The translations under genes were made by a program, and so were the position numbers. DNA of 64,000 nucleotides, from contig OZ242010.1 in the NCBI GenBank assembly GCA_965204745.1, positions 288,001 to 352,000 of the forward strand, given 5' to 3'. The notes below the pieces were generated by a model, which had not been told where the DNA came from, did no database searches, and saw nothing but the letters and a program-made list of their open reading frames with translations. Positions 9,580 through 18,116 of this stretch are shown one piece after another; position 1 is the stretch's first letter, and every line of letters begins with the position of its first letter. This DNA is from Candidatus Latescibacterota bacterium. GTDB lineage: Bacteria; Latescibacterota; UBA2968.

Positions 9580-10148
9580 CCTTTTCTGCCCGACATATTT
9601 TTGGATTGGCCGCCGCTGTTTTGCTGATCGTCTGTGTTTTTTGGGGTATCGGCTATCACAGCGCGTTGCACCGCGCCCTCGCCGTGCCGCCCATCTCGGT
9701 CGATGGCTCGAAGATAGCCCGGTTGATAGCGGCCTATCACGCGCTCGATGAAACGCCCGGGTTGACGCGATCCCTGTCCAGAACACTCGCCCCGGGCCAG
9801 CCCATTCGCGGGTTGGTTTTTTTTGTGTTCCTCGGGTTCACGCCACAGGAAAAGCAAGTCGCCGCGTATTTGCACCACGCGCAATTTGGGCCTGTGCGCG
9901 GTATTGACCGGGCAGCCCAATACCATTTTGGCGTTCCCCATGCCAAACTCGCGGTGGGCGAGGTTCTGTTGCTGTGCGATCTCGCACGAGGTGCCGATCA
10001 GCCGATGCACGATCCCATCGCCGCGCTCCACCGCCGAGACGCGCTCCTGTCCGCTTTGCACGCGAGCGGTTTTTTGTCCCTCGCCGAGTACCGCAACGAG
10101 CACGAGCGCGCCCTGTCCCTTTCAGCCAGCCATCGCCCAGTGAATTGA
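9576..10148 (+). CDS. Membrane-anchored protein with degenerate transglycosylase-like domain
   Basis: N-terminal TM segment. YLHHAQFG..RGIDRAAQYHFG resembles GT51 motifs 4-5. ATGA overlap with the upstream gene. Confidence 0.5.
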   Translation: MTFSARHIFGLAAAVLLIVCVFWGIGYHSALHRALAVPPISVDGSKIARLIAAYHALDETPGLTRSLSRTLAPGQPIRGLVFFVFLGFTPQEKQVAAYLHHAQFGPVRGIDRAAQYHFGVPHAKLAVGEVLLLCDLARGADQPMHDPIAALHRRDALLSALHASGFLSLAEYRNEHERALSLSASHRPVN

Positions 10149-10264
10149 TCCCTCGCAAAAAAATGACGCTCCGCATTCTCATCTGGACATCGGGCCTTGG
10201 CCGCCCACCACTTGGACGGAGAACATCTGATATGGATTTTGCAAGTTGTGGGAAAGGAGAATCC

Positions 10265-11374
10265 ATGCCGCGACTCACGGGTAAGGTCAGCGACTTTTTG
10301 AAGATCGGCGTTGCTGCTGCGGGGCGCGGCGATTTGGAGACCGTGCGACAGGTGCTGGCGGAAAGGCCGGATTGGTTGGGGCGCGTCGGGTCGCACGGGC
10401 GCACGATGCTGTGGGAAGCCGCGTATCGCGGGCGGTTGGCGATAGTCGAAATGTTGCTCGACCGCGGTGCAGACATCCACGCCTGGGGCTGTCATTTCAC
10501 GCCGCTGTTGGTGGATATTTCGCCCTATTGCGCGGCGCGGCTCAAGAAACACGACGCGGTTGCCGATGCGTTGCTGGCGCGTGGGGCGACTGTGGATATC
10601 TACACGTTTGCCTATCTCGGCGATGGCGATGCGGTTGCCGAGTGCTTGCGCCGAGATCCGAATCTCGCCACGGCAGAGCGACCGCAACGCGATTCCGATA
10701 TGCGCGCCACGCCATTGCACTACGCGGTCAGCGCGGGGCACTTGGACATCGTCGCATCGCTGCTCGACCACGGCGCAGACCCGCGGCCCTATCCCTGCGA
10801 TCTGGTGCGGTTCTGCATCTGGCGGGATCGGCCGGACATCCTGAAGGTTCTGCTCGACGCCGGGCTCGACCCGGCAATCGCGGAACTGCCTCGATCCGGT
10901 CTCACCAATCCCGCCATCATCGCCTTGCTCGCACGCCGCGGCGTGACCTGCGATCCAAATCGCGCCGAGGGCGGTTGGCCGCCCATCGTCTTCCAATCTC
11001 GCGGCGACCGCGGCGGCAGTATTGACCGCATCCGCGACCTGATCGCACGCGGCGCGGACGTGAACGCGCGCAACTACAAGGGCCAAACCGCGTTGCACTG
11101 CGCGGCCAAGGCGGGCTTTGCACCTATTGTTTCGCTGCTTCTCAAACGCGGTGCCGAAGTCGATTTGAAAGACAACGAGGGCCAAACCCCACTTATGACC
11201 GCTTTGCGCTCGACCATCAAAAACGAGGACAGGCTCCGCGAAGTCATTCGCCTTCTCACAGCCGCGGGCGCGAATCCCGACAGCACAGACCGCCGCGGGC
11301 ACACGCCGCGCCTCATCGCCACGCGCAAACGCGATGCAGACGCTTGGCTCATCGCCCTGGGCAAAAAAAATTGA
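10265..11374 (+). CDS. Ankyrin repeat protein
   Basis: Several TPLHYA/TALHCAA/TPLMTA...GADVN repeats; AAAGGAG RBS before ATG 10265. Confidence 0.92.
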   Translation: MPRLTGKVSDFLKIGVAAAGRGDLETVRQVLAERPDWLGRVGSHGRTMLWEAAYRGRLAIVEMLLDRGADIHAWGCHFTPLLVDISPYCAARLKKHDAVADALLARGATVDIYTFAYLGDGDAVAECLRRDPNLATAERPQRDSDMRATPLHYAVSAGHLDIVASLLDHGADPRPYPCDLVRFCIWRDRPDILKVLLDAGLDPAIAELPRSGLTNPAIIALLARRGVTCDPNRAEGGWPPIVFQSRGDRGGSIDRIRDLIARGADVNARNYKGQTALHCAAKAGFAPIVSLLLKRGAEVDLKDNEGQTPLMTALRSTIKNEDRLREVIRLLTAAGANPDSTDRRGHTPRLIATRKRDADAWLIALGKKN

Positions 11375-11754
11375 ATTTTTTCAAAAAATGTGATCGGAGA
11401 TGGTATCCAAGCGCACCATCTGGAATTGCGTCAAAAGATAAGTAATACGCAAAAAGGCGCAATTTTTGACGCAATTAGACGCAATCAATTTTGTAAATAG
11501 TTGTTTTCTTTAGGTTTTCGTCATTTACTTTTATTTTTTCACAATTGATTTATCTGAATGGTGACGCAAAGCCATCAATCACGTTTTAAAAAAAATCTGA
11601 ATTTTTTCAAAAAATGTGATAAGGTATGACATGCCTCGTCACACCTCTGGTTTATCTTTTAGGCACATTCATTGCATTGCGTCTCCCTCGCCAGTTAGCA
11701 TCAACCGCAGAACGGGCGGCGCGCCCATGCCACATACCACACAGGAGGGATTAA

Positions 11755-13602
11755 ATGAGTCGTTACCATCCTCACAGAAGCCTTGAACCAATGCTGGATG
11801 CAGCCCAACATTGGAAAGAGGTTGCCTTGCTGTCAGATGGGGCAGTGTTTGCACAGGAACCGGTGTGGACATTGCCGTATCTTCAAGAGTTGAAGAAATA
11901 TATTATTGATAATCCCTTCAAGGGTGAAGGGGGCTTCATTACTAAAATGGAAAAGCAACTTGTTCCGTCAAAACCCGAAGTCAAACAACTGGCCGCGGAG
12001 ATGTTGTGGGTCTGGTACTTGTGTCCGGACGATAGACCTGGTACTTCTACAAAGCGACAGCGAATTAGACAGGTTTGGGAACTGTCGGAGGATCCCTTTC
12101 CTAATGATTCCAGACTGATGGAAGACGATGTTCTTGCAGGAGCAGGGTCCATCGGACAGGGTATAAGTAAAATATGGGATGATCTGGGGGTCTTCATTCA
12201 CATGATGATCGCCTTCAAAGATCTCGATGAAACGCAACGAGATGAGCTTCTCGATGATGTCTGGAAGTTTGGCGAGTGGCTCGAAACGATTCAAGAACGT
12301 AACCATCGGTCATTACGCAATATGATCATGTTTTTACTTTTTTCGGACGACATTGAGCATATATGGGCTAGAACACACCGAACGCAGATCGTCCAGAAAT
12401 TCACAGAGAGACCTTGGGCAGAGATCAATAAAATGTCCGCATTGGAAATAGACCGGGCACTTCTTGATATACGCCGAAAAAAAGAAAAGGAATATGGCAC
12501 CAAGGACTTGGACTTTTATGAGTTCCCTCTTAAAGAGCTTTGGCAGGACGGCCCTAAACCCAAGCCACCCGACCCGCCTCCGGTGCCACCGGCCATACTA
12601 TATCCATTGAATCAAATCCTTTACGGCCCGCCGGGAACGGGTAAGACTTGGAACACGGTCAATCACGCGCTGGCGATTATCGAGGGCGAGTCTTTGGAGG
12701 AGATTGAACGCGAAGGCCGTGAAGAGGTCAAGGGGCGGTTTGATAAATTGAAAGAGAGCGGTCAGATTGCGATGGTGACGTTTCATCAGAACTTTGCCTA
12801 CGAGGATTTCATTGAGGGCATCAGACCTGTCTTGGATGATAAGGGCGGAAGTGTTGCATACGAATTGTCAGCGGGTGTGTTCAAACAAATGGCTGATCGG
12901 GCCAAGGAAAATGCGGATCAAAAGTACGTCCTGATCATCGACGAGATCAATCGCGGGAATATCGCCAAAATTTTCGGCGAGTTGATCACGCTGATTGAGG
13001 ACACCAAGCGGATCGGCGAGGATGATGCAATGACTGTCGCGTTGCCCTATTCCAAAGAGTCATTCGGCGTGCCGGATAATTTGTATCTCATCGGCACGAT
13101 GAATACCGCTGACCGCTCTATCGCCCTGTTGGATACCGCACTGAGGCGGCGGTTTGAGTTCGTCGAGATGATGCCGAATCCATCCCATGAACTGATCAGC
13201 ACAGATATTGATGGCGTGAATTGTCAGACATTGCTCGCCGCGATGAATGATCGCATCCGTTTTCTATTTGATCGGGAGCATCAGATCGGACATACGTATT
13301 TCATCGGGATCAGTAGCGTGGATGCTCTGGAGAAGGCGTTCAAGACCAAAATCATTCCGCTGTTGCAGGAATACTTTTACGATAGCTGGGAGAAAATCAA
13401 TCAGGTGTTGAATGAGAATGGATTTATTCAAAAAGTCTCCCCGGGAAATTGGCTCTTGGAATCCGACTTGATGGATCGGGATCGCAACGTTTATGAATTG
13501 TTGCCGGCGGATGATGGCAAATGGAAAGAGCCCCAAAGTTACCGTGCGATTTACAAAAAAGACGGACAAGGCGCATCCTCTGAAACCGAACAGGATGGTT
13601 GA
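11755..13602 (+). CDS. mcrB: McrB family AAA+ GTPase (copy 1)
   Basis: GPPGTGKT, VTFHQ, IIDEINRGN, MNTADRS (McrB NxxD), LRRRF, IGHTYF; unique N-terminal domain and Pro-rich linker. Confidence 0.92.
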   Translation: MSRYHPHRSLEPMLDAAQHWKEVALLSDGAVFAQEPVWTLPYLQELKKYIIDNPFKGEGGFITKMEKQLVPSKPEVKQLAAEMLWVWYLCPDDRPGTSTKRQRIRQVWELSEDPFPNDSRLMEDDVLAGAGSIGQGISKIWDDLGVFIHMMIAFKDLDETQRDELLDDVWKFGEWLETIQERNHRSLRNMIMFLLFSDDIEHIWARTHRTQIVQKFTERPWAEINKMSALEIDRALLDIRRKKEKEYGTKDLDFYEFPLKELWQDGPKPKPPDPPPVPPAILYPLNQILYGPPGTGKTWNTVNHALAIIEGESLEEIEREGREEVKGRFDKLKESGQIAMVTFHQNFAYEDFIEGIRPVLDDKGGSVAYELSAGVFKQMADRAKENADQKYVLIIDEINRGNIAKIFGELITLIEDTKRIGEDDAMTVALPYSKESFGVPDNLYLIGTMNTADRSIALLDTALRRRFEFVEMMPNPSHELISTDIDGVNCQTLLAAMNDRIRFLFDREHQIGHTYFIGISSVDALEKAFKTKIIPLLQEYFYDSWEKINQVLNENGFIQKVSPGNWLLESDLMDRDRNVYELLPADDGKWKEPQSYRAIYKKDGQGASSETEQDG

Positions 13603-13832
13603 CGATGCCCTTTATCAAAGAATACGGAAAACTGACCGGTCTCAACCGAGATGAATGGCGAGACCTGAAGGACTTCGCACTTGAAAACCAAATGGATCAA
13701 CAGGGCAATCACCGCCCGGTTTTGGTGTCGAAAAACGACCGGTTGTACGCGCAAAACTACGTGGGCATTATCGAAACGCGCAAACGCGAAACGCGATTCA
13801 GACGCTTGGCTCATCGCCAAAAAAAAAATTGA
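13599..13832 (+). pseudogene. mcrC: Truncated mcrC fused to a duplicated ankyrin-gene 3' end
   Basis: First ~60 codons are near-identical to 16813-16997; the sequence then switches at ACGCGCAA to match 11321-11394. Confidence 0.9.
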
Positions 13833-13940
13833 ATTTTTTGTAAAAATGTGATAAGGTATGATATACCTCGTCACACCTCTGGTTTATTTTGGGGATTATT
13901 TTTTAAGCGGTAGTATTCGTTGATTTTCAAGGAGGAGAAG

Positions 13941-14354
13941 ATGCAGAAACAAACCGAAGTCGCAGAATTTCGCCATCGGGCACTGCTCATCAAAATTAAC
14001 CAGCAATACAGGGAAGGGGCATCGGTGGAAGAGTTGTATGAGGCAACCCGTTACTGTTGGAAAGTCAGTAAATCAAGAGCCGAGAAGGCCGAGGTCATTT
14101 TGGCGGTTTACCAAGGTGAAATTAAAGCGGCATTTATCGCTGACGAATGGCTGGAGGCAACAACTGAGAATTTCCCAGATAGAGGACCCGGAGTGCCCGG
14201 ACGTTTCGGTTTTAACGGACATGAAGCCAGTTCTGACGTTCAAGAGCTTTATGTGGGGAAACGAATCCCTGATAAATACAAACGACGAGGTGACCAGAAT
14301 CCGATTCATTACACCTATGACTATCAGGGGAAACCTTTGCAGGATTCCAAGTAA
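13941..14354 (+). CDS. Hypothetical protein; probable detached McrB N-terminal module
   Basis: Strong RBS AAGGAGG. LYEATR..WKV...G.QNP..Y resembles the C-terminal part of LEM-3-like GIY-YIG proteins (from memory). Followed by the mcrB2 linker sequence. Confidence 0.7.
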   Translation: MQKQTEVAEFRHRALLIKINQQYREGASVEELYEATRYCWKVSKSRAEKAEVILAVYQGEIKAAFIADEWLEATTENFPDRGPGVPGRFGFNGHEASSDVQELYVGKRIPDKYKRRGDQNPIHYTYDYQGKPLQDSK

Positions 14355-14357
14355 AAT

Positions 14358-14600
14358 AACGGTTCTGAACCCGATCCAGTTGACAGGCGTGTTGAAAGAA
14401 ATTGCAGAGCGGGCGGCCCGCCCGCCGGGAACGGGTAAGACTTGGAACACGGTCAATTACGCGCTGGCGATTATCGAAGGCAACCTATGGGCGCGCTCGA
14501 AAGTGAAGACCGCAAAGAGGTCAAGGGGCGATTTGATGAATTGGTTGACTACGAATTGTCCAACGGCGTGTTGAAAGAAATTGCAGAGCGGGCGGCGCGC
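14358..14600 (+). pseudogene. Fragmented third mcrB core
   Basis: Linker copy (14358-14379 = 15752-15773), Walker A fragment PPGTGKTWNTVNYALAIIEG, EVKGRFDEL, and two copies of a 32-bp GVLKEIAERA segment. Confidence 0.85.
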
Positions 14601-14632
14601 CCATGCCACATACCACAAACGGAGATAGTCAA

Positions 14633-16816
14633 ATGAAAGAAATTTATAGCTGGGTACCTTGGTTTCAAGAGTTGGGGAAAAAAATTGAGGCGGAAGGCGA
14701 AGCATATCTGATTGACAAGGCGAAGCAAGTGGACTGGGAAAATGAAAATCCCCCTTTGCTTCAATATGGCGATGAGAATATTGATCCCTTTTCGTTCTTT
14801 TATTTTTTGGCCCAAAAAAATACCAGTAACCAAAGGAAACCAGTGTACGACAGTATTAAAGATGTGTTCGGAGTTGAAAGTCCGCTCCCGGATGCTAGTA
14901 GAGATGATTACTATGTCTTTCCTACTCCCCCGCCGCAGGCCCCAACTCTTTTTCATAATGGGGAAACTTTTCATCCTGAGTTGCTTTGGCGTTTGTTCAG
15001 GCAGGCGGTAAAGGGTGAACCAACGATTGAGAGGGATGATTTTGGAAAAACTTCAGAAGGCGTTGGAGCTCTGGGTATAAAGGGAGTTGGCGTTTCGAAA
15101 TTGACACAAACCCTATTCTTGATAAACCCGACATATTTCCTTCCCGTGGATGATTCAACTGAGAATGTATCAAAATGTCTGCCGGATTCGCAACTGTCGA
15201 AAAAAATAAAAGCGATGAATAAAGATGGTGGTTATAGGGAATATCTATCTATTTTGGAAAAACTTCAGAAGGCGTTTCCGGAATGTCAGCCTTATGAAAT
15301 CAATATGTTTTTAGACTTGCAATTTAAGCAGAAATCGAAAGTGAAAGTGAGCAATAATTTTTTTCAAATAAGCACTAATGTAAATATACGCGGTAAAAAA
15401 GATCATTGGGATGATTTCAAAAACAATAACAAGGTTTATGTTGGAGCGGAAAATCACTGTCCCCTGACAGAACCCAAGCCAGGGGATGTTATTCTGGTTC
15501 GAACAGGAAGAAAAGAAGGAAGAGGGATTGGCATAGTCACAAAAAATGACTACGAAGGTGGATTTGACGAAAATAGAGCAATTCATGTCTTGTGGATAAA
15601 CAAATCGACAAGTCAATTGGCTAGGAACACGGTTCTGGCTCGTTTTAGTAAGCCCGCCATCAACTCCGAAACATATCTGGCTTTCAAAGAGGTAGAAGCC
15701 TACCAACCTTCGTTTGACTTGCTTGAAAGATTGATAGAAAATTCCACCCAAAACGGTTCTGAACCCGATCCAGATGTCCAGCCATCCGAGGCAGATACCA
15801 TGCAATATCCTTTGAACCAAATCCTTTACGGCCCGCCGGGAACGGGTAAGACTTGGAACACGGTCAATCACGCGCTGGCGATTATCGAGGGCAAGTCTTT
15901 GGAGGAGATTGAACGCGAAGGCCGTGAAGAGGTCAAGAGGCGATTTGATGAATTGAAAAAACAGGGCCAGATTGCGATGGTGACGTTTCATCAGAACTTT
16001 GCCTACGAGGATTTCATTGAGGGCATTAGACCTGTCTTGGATGATGAGGGCGGAAGTGTTGAAGTTGAATACAAATTGTCCAAAGGTGTGTTCAAACAAA
16101 TGGCTGATCGGGCCAGCGGAGATAGGGATCAAAATTACGTCCTGATCATCGACGAGATCAATCGCGGGAATATCGCCAAAATTTTCGGGGAGTTGATCAC
16201 GCTGATTGAGGACACCAAGCGGATCGGCAAGGATGATGAAATGACTGTCGCGTTGCCCTATTCCAAAGAGTCATTCGGCGTGCCGGATAATTTGTATCTC
16301 ATCGGCACGATGAATACCGCGGATCGTTCTATCGCCCTGTTGGATACCGCACTGAGGCGGCGGTTTGAGTTCGTCGAGATGATGCCGAATCCATCCCATG
16401 AACTGATCGGCACAAATATTGATGGCGTGAATTGTCAGACATTGCTCAAAGCGATGAATGAGCGCATCCGTTTTCTATTTGATCGGGAGCATCAGATCGG
16501 ACATACGTATTTCATCGGGGTCGAGAGCATGGATGATCTGGCGAAAGCGTTCAAGACCAAAATCATCCCGCTGTTGCAGGAATACTTTTACGATACTTGG
16601 GAGAAAATCGATCAGGTGTTGAATGAGAATGGATTTATCAAATCAATCGAATTTGATAGCGTGCTGTTCAAGAGTTCAGATTTGATCGTTGAACAGCGGT
16701 CAGTTCATGAATTGTTGCCGGCGGATGATGGCAAATGGAAAGACCCCCAAAGTTACCGTGCGATTTACGAAAAAGACGGACGAGGCGCATCCTCTAAAAC
16801 CGAACAGGATGGTTGA
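14633..16816 (+). CDS. mcrB: McrB family AAA+ GTPase (copy 2)
   Basis: Same core motifs as copy 1 with an unrelated ~390-aa N-terminus; GGAG RBS before ATG 14633. Confidence 0.92.
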   Translation: MKEIYSWVPWFQELGKKIEAEGEAYLIDKAKQVDWENENPPLLQYGDENIDPFSFFYFLAQKNTSNQRKPVYDSIKDVFGVESPLPDASRDDYYVFPTPPPQAPTLFHNGETFHPELLWRLFRQAVKGEPTIERDDFGKTSEGVGALGIKGVGVSKLTQTLFLINPTYFLPVDDSTENVSKCLPDSQLSKKIKAMNKDGGYREYLSILEKLQKAFPECQPYEINMFLDLQFKQKSKVKVSNNFFQISTNVNIRGKKDHWDDFKNNNKVYVGAENHCPLTEPKPGDVILVRTGRKEGRGIGIVTKNDYEGGFDENRAIHVLWINKSTSQLARNTVLARFSKPAINSETYLAFKEVEAYQPSFDLLERLIENSTQNGSEPDPDVQPSEADTMQYPLNQILYGPPGTGKTWNTVNHALAIIEGKSLEEIEREGREEVKRRFDELKKQGQIAMVTFHQNFAYEDFIEGIRPVLDDEGGSVEVEYKLSKGVFKQMADRASGDRDQNYVLIIDEINRGNIAKIFGELITLIEDTKRIGKDDEMTVALPYSKESFGVPDNLYLIGTMNTADRSIALLDTALRRRFEFVEMMPNPSHELIGTNIDGVNCQTLLKAMNERIRFLFDREHQIGHTYFIGVESMDDLAKAFKTKIIPLLQEYFYDTWEKIDQVLNENGFIKSIEFDSVLFKSSDLIVEQRSVHELLPADDGKWKDPQSYRAIYEKDGRGASSKTEQDG

Positions 16817-18072
16817 CGATGCCCGTTATCAAAGAATACGAACAACTGACCTGTCTTGGCAAAGATGAATGGCGAGACCTGAAGGACTTCGCGCTTGCCA
16901 ACCAAAATGATCAACAGGGCAATCACCGCCCGGTTTTGGTGTTGAAAAACGACCGGTTGTACGCACAAAACTACGTGGGCATTATCGAAACGCGCAAGGG
17001 CACCGTGCTCGAAATTCTGCCCAAGGTAGATTTTGCCAAAGACGAGGAAGAAACCAAGCGGGTCTTTCTCTCCATGTTGCGGACTTGGCGCGGGTTCAAA
17101 AAAATGGCGCAGTTCAACGCGAGTCACATCGACGCGGTGCGCCGGTTCAATATGCTGGAGGTGTTCGTCCATCTGTTTTTGACCAACCTCGTTCTGCTGA
17201 CGCAACGCGGCCTCGCTCGCAACTATCAGCCTGTGGAAGACAACCTGCCTTGCCTGCGCGGCCGCATCCTGTTTCCGCAACATATCCGGGAGAACGCGGT
17301 CAACCGCGCTCGGTTTTACGTCGGCTATGACGAGTTCACTGCGGATCGCCCGGTCAATCGCCTGATCCACAGCACCATTCGCAAGTTGATGAGGTTCGTG
17401 CAACAGCCGAGAAACCAGCAGTTGCTCTATCAGTTGCGAATTTGCTTTGCTGATATTCCCGAGTCAACGCGGCTCGAAGCGGATTGGCAACAGCATAGCA
17501 TCGACCGTTCCATTCAACACTACGACTCGGTGATGCAGTGGGTCGGGCTATTTTTGTTTGGTCACGGCTTGACCACGTTTGCCGGCAAATATGTCAACCA
17601 GACCTTGTTGTTTCCGATGGAAGATGTATTTGAGGATTTTGTCGCGGCGAGTTTTTGGCGGCATCAGCAACGGTTTTCCGTGCGTTTGCAGGGACCGAGA
17701 GAGTATCTGGTTCGGGACGAACAGGGTATTCTCACCTTTGCAATGAAACCGGATATCAGCCTGATGTCCGATGGCAAAACAAAATTTATCCTCGACACCA
17801 AGTGGAAGCGCGTCAATGAGCAAGCCAATGACCAGAAGCACGGCATTAGCCAAGCCGATATGTACCAGTTGTTCGCGTACGGAAAGAAGTACGGTTGCGA
17901 GCGGGTCGCGCTCATCTATCCGAAAACAGATGCCTTCCATTCTCCCATCCATTACGAGTTTGATGAGACATTGTCTTTGTCTTGCTTCCCCTTTGACGTC
18001 AAGGATCCCAAAGGCAGCGTGGGAGACATAGTGGCACATTTGGAACCCAAAAAAAGAGACGCATTGCGATGA
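16813..18072 (+). CDS. mcrC: McrC family PD-(D/E)xK nuclease subunit
   Basis: NYVGII, EILPK, FPMEDVFE, KPD, LDTKWK, ADMYQLFAY; overlaps the mcrB stop. Confidence 0.93.
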   Translation: MTMPVIKEYEQLTCLGKDEWRDLKDFALANQNDQQGNHRPVLVLKNDRLYAQNYVGIIETRKGTVLEILPKVDFAKDEEETKRVFLSMLRTWRGFKKMAQFNASHIDAVRRFNMLEVFVHLFLTNLVLLTQRGLARNYQPVEDNLPCLRGRILFPQHIRENAVNRARFYVGYDEFTADRPVNRLIHSTIRKLMRFVQQPRNQQLLYQLRICFADIPESTRLEADWQQHSIDRSIQHYDSVMQWVGLFLFGHGLTTFAGKYVNQTLLFPMEDVFEDFVAASFWRHQQRFSVRLQGPREYLVRDEQGILTFAMKPDISLMSDGKTKFILDTKWKRVNEQANDQKHGISQADMYQLFAYGKKYGCERVALIYPKTDAFHSPIHYEFDETLSLSCFPFDVKDPKGSVGDIVAHLEPKKRDALR

Positions 18073-18084
18073 ATGCGTCTCTTT
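18053..18084. terminator. Probable bidirectional intrinsic terminator
   Basis: AAAGAGACGCATT-N6-AATGCGTCTCTTT between convergent genes. Confidence 0.75.
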
Positions 18085-18116
18085 GATTTGATAAACCGAG
18101 GCGATGGCGCGAGGGG

